In this document: positions 62,348 through 64,000 of the stretch, piece after piece
How the letters are laid out: each line of letters starts with the position of its first letter
Position numbering within the stretch: the stretch's first letter is position 1
Source: Candidatus Falkowbacteria bacterium RIFOXYD12_FULL_34_57
GTDB lineage: Bacteria; Patescibacteriota; Patescibacteriia; Patescibacteriales; UBA12075
Direction of reading: 5' to 3'
Length of the DNA: 64,000 nucleotides
Assembly: GCA_001780285.1 (NCBI GenBank)
Contig: MFGN01000001.1
Coordinates: 22-64,021 of the forward strand
Notes under the pieces: model-generated
Database searches by the model: none
What the model was told of the DNA's origin: nothing
Seen by the model: only the letters and a program-made list of their open reading frames with translations
Translations under genes and position numbers: made by a program

Positions 62348-64000
62348 TTACAGAGAATCAAAATTACTATTGGATATCCCCAATCCCAGATTGCGCATGA
62401 CGGCAAAAGCGTCTGCGGGACGGCCCAAAAAATATCTTTTGCCGTCTCGGGGATTTACATACCAAGCCTCGCCTTTCCCCTCAACCTGCAGGAATATTTT
62501 GCCTTTATGGGTGCTTGCAAAATTAATATCTGTATTTATTTTTCCAGCGCCCAAAGGATTGTATCCATCCTCTACTTCTTGTTTATCACCAAATCCGTCG
62601 CTATCCGTATCTTTTTTGTTTTTATCAGTACCGATTGCGTCTTCAAATATATCAGAAAGTCCGTCGCCATCAGCATCTACTCCGCTTAAACTTGCAATAC
62701 CTATCTTGATTTTGTCTAAATTGACGCTAGATATCCCAACTCCCTGCTGCCGCATAACAGCAAAAGCGTCTTGGGGCCGTCCCAGATAATACATAGTCTC
62801 GCTCGCAGGATTCACATAATAGGCTTCTCCCTTGGATTCCACTTTCAATATAATCTTGCCGCGTAAATTCTGATACATGTTCTGGTTTTTTATTTGAACA
62901 GAAGCACTTATTGATTCTTTGTTTTGATTTTGAGTCTCAGTCTGGGTTTGGGTTGTATTGGAGATTCCTGTTTGTGAACCGCCCTCCTCATCACCGCCCA
63001 AGACAGTAAAAGTGCCTGTATCTGATTTGAAAACTGTTCCCGGAGAACTTTTGGAATAAGCATAAAATTCATAAATACCCGCCGCCAGCTTTTCTATTGT
63101 AACGCTATGGCTTGCCGCCAAAGCGTCTTTGCCGATTGATAAGTATTTTGCGTCCCCCTTCTTTTTATAATACACATAGCCGGAAGATAAGATATCAGTG
63201 CTCCAATCTATGGTTATTTTTTTATTTTCTTGATCAATTTTACTGGAAACATCCCCCATAAGGCTTATTTTATCACTTGGAGGCGTAAAGCATTGAAAAA
63301 CAGCCGAAGTTTTTTCAATAGTCTGGTTTTTGGCTTTTATCTCATATAAATACTCTGTCTGCGGTTTTAATCTTTTAAGCGTAACAACATGATTCATGGT
63401 ATCATCCGCCGCAGGCCATTTAGTAAGATATATACTGAGCAAAAAACGATCATATTCAGAATAACCCTTTTCTTTGTACATTATATACCCGTCGCTTTCC
63501 TTGTTAGTGCTCCAGATAATTTGCAGTGAAGAAGAACTGATTGTGCTGCATTTTACATCAGAGATATCAAAATCATACATATCCTCTAATGACTTATAAA
63601 CTGTAATAGTTTTATTAATTGAATTATTTTCTTCATTTGTCTCTGTTAAATCGCCGTGAATATCCGCCCTGAAGCTCAATTCGTGGATTCCGGCATCTTT
63701 TATTGTGCCTAAAAATTTATAACTAATAGTTTCATTTGGATTTAATGGATTGTCCGTATCCGGATATGTGCCATGGATAATTTCCGTAATCTCTATGCCG
63801 GGAAAACTATAAAGCAAATCTCCTCCGGTTGCGTACCCATAATCCCTTTCCAAAAGTCCTTTGGCATCCAAAAGGCTGATGCCGCCGGTATTCTTTACCA
63901 ATACAGTAATAGTAATATCGTCATCAACAATTAATTTGTTCAAGTCCTTACTCAAAGAAATAGAAGTAACAGCCAGATCAATATCATCTTCAGAACCGAC
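62348..64000 (-). CDS. large secreted surface protein, 3' part (CARDB-like + Fn3-like modules + TSP3-like Ca-binding repeats + two GEAWY-NP...DAF..M repeats); the 5' end lies outside the window
   Basis: The reading frame stays open to the window edge (VGSEDDIDLAVTSISLSKD...), so the track start is an internal TTG. Motifs include DADGDGLSD...DTDSDGFGD and the C-terminal repeats at residues 364-416 and 484-535. Confidence 0.75.
   Translation of the reverse strand, partial: VGSEDDIDLAVTSISLSKDLNKLIVDDDITITVLVKNTGGISLLDAKGLLERDYGYATGGDLLYSFPGIEITEIIHGTYPDTDNPLNPNETISYKFLGTIKDAGIHELSFRADIHGDLTETNEENNSINKTITVYKSLEDMYDFDISDVKCSTISSSSLQIIWSTNKESDGYIMYKEKGYSEYDRFLLSIYLTKWPAADDTMNHVVTLKRLKPQTEYLYEIKAKNQTIEKTSAVFQCFTPPSDKISLMGDVSSKIDQENKKITIDWSTDILSSGYVYYKKKGDAKYLSIGKDALAASHSVTIEKLAAGIYEFYAYSKSSPGTVFKSDTGTFTVLGGDEEGGSQTGISNTTQTQTETQNQNKESISASVQIKNQNMYQNLRGKIILKVESKGEAYYVNPASETMYYLGRPQDAFAVMRQQGVGISSVNLDKIKIGIASLSGVDADGDGLSDIFEDAIGTDKNKKDTDSDGFGDKQEVEDGYNPLGAGKINTDINFASTHKGKIFLQVEGKGEAWYVNPRDGKRYFLGRPADAFAVMRNLGLGISNSNFDSL

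Noticed and set aside
62250-62789. Plus-strand ORFs 62250..62789 and 62276..62689.
   Set aside because: They are shadows of the minus-strand surface-protein gene, whose repeats match an independent paralog at 17 kb.
1-64000. Prophage, integrative element, CRISPR-Cas, toxin-antitoxin or known defence system; tRNA/rRNA genes; alternative genetic code.
   Set aside because: I recognised no integrase, transposase, capsid, terminase, Cas or known defence domains, and no flanking long direct repeats. No T-loop-like GTTCGAATC/GTTCAAATC-containing 70-90 nt GC-rich segments were seen. Long conserved ORFs terminate at TGA as well as TAA and TAG, so code 11 fits.

Overview
AT-rich (about one-third G+C by eye, not computed), gene-dense bacterial chromosomal fragment. 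I call about 59 CDS, mostly on the minus strand. The standard genetic code applies, since TAA, TAG and TGA all close long conserved ORFs. I found no rRNA, tRNA, CRISPR array, transposase, integrase or phage genes. Compact housekeeping genes, many domain fusions, nucleotide-salvage-type enzymes, a large glycan locus, secreted repeat proteins and no biosynthetic operons suggest a Candidate Phyla Radiation / Patescibacteria (Parcubacteria-like) genome; this is inference only.

Layout:
- 1.3-9.9 kb: a co-directional proteostasis island (hrcA, NUDIX::grpE, hsp20, membrane protein, dnaK, DUF3467, dnaJ, orf126, htrA). It has a near-consensus CIRCE at hrcA and a second, different palindrome at dnaK and orf126.
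- 10-20 kb: IMPase, recQ, rsmI, an uncharacterised membrane/secreted operon, and an islet of four small plus-strand ORFs.
- 20-45 kb: secF, IMPase, secD (with parvulin insertions), secA, hpf, rseP, frr, holB, lon, a Na/Pi transporter, a priming glycosyl-phosphotransferase, rpoD and dnaG. An orphan two-gene plus-strand operon sits at 25.2-26.7 kb.
- 46.7-61.8 kb: a cell-surface glycan locus with GT4 enzymes, GtrA::GT, radical SAM/SPASM, deacetylase, methyltransferase, UXS::half-GT, epimerase, NUDIX, a short UGDH-like gene and an O-antigen-ligase-like/TPR protein.
- 62.3-64 kb: the 3' part of a large surface protein that runs off the window.

I could not identify one classical novel system such as a defence operon. 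The observations most worth follow-up are:
- unusual fusions (SecD::parvulin, NUDIX::GrpE, UXS::half-glycosyltransferase);
- a non-CIRCE palindromic operator candidate shared by chaperone/protease promoters;
- a GTCATTCTGA...TCAGAATGAC hairpin repeat family;
- a pervasive class of AT-rich short-period tandem repeats directly upstream of start codons;
- a roughly 50-aa repeat domain shared by two secreted proteins;
- several orphan small-gene islets.

All homology statements come from reading motifs by eye; no searches were run.
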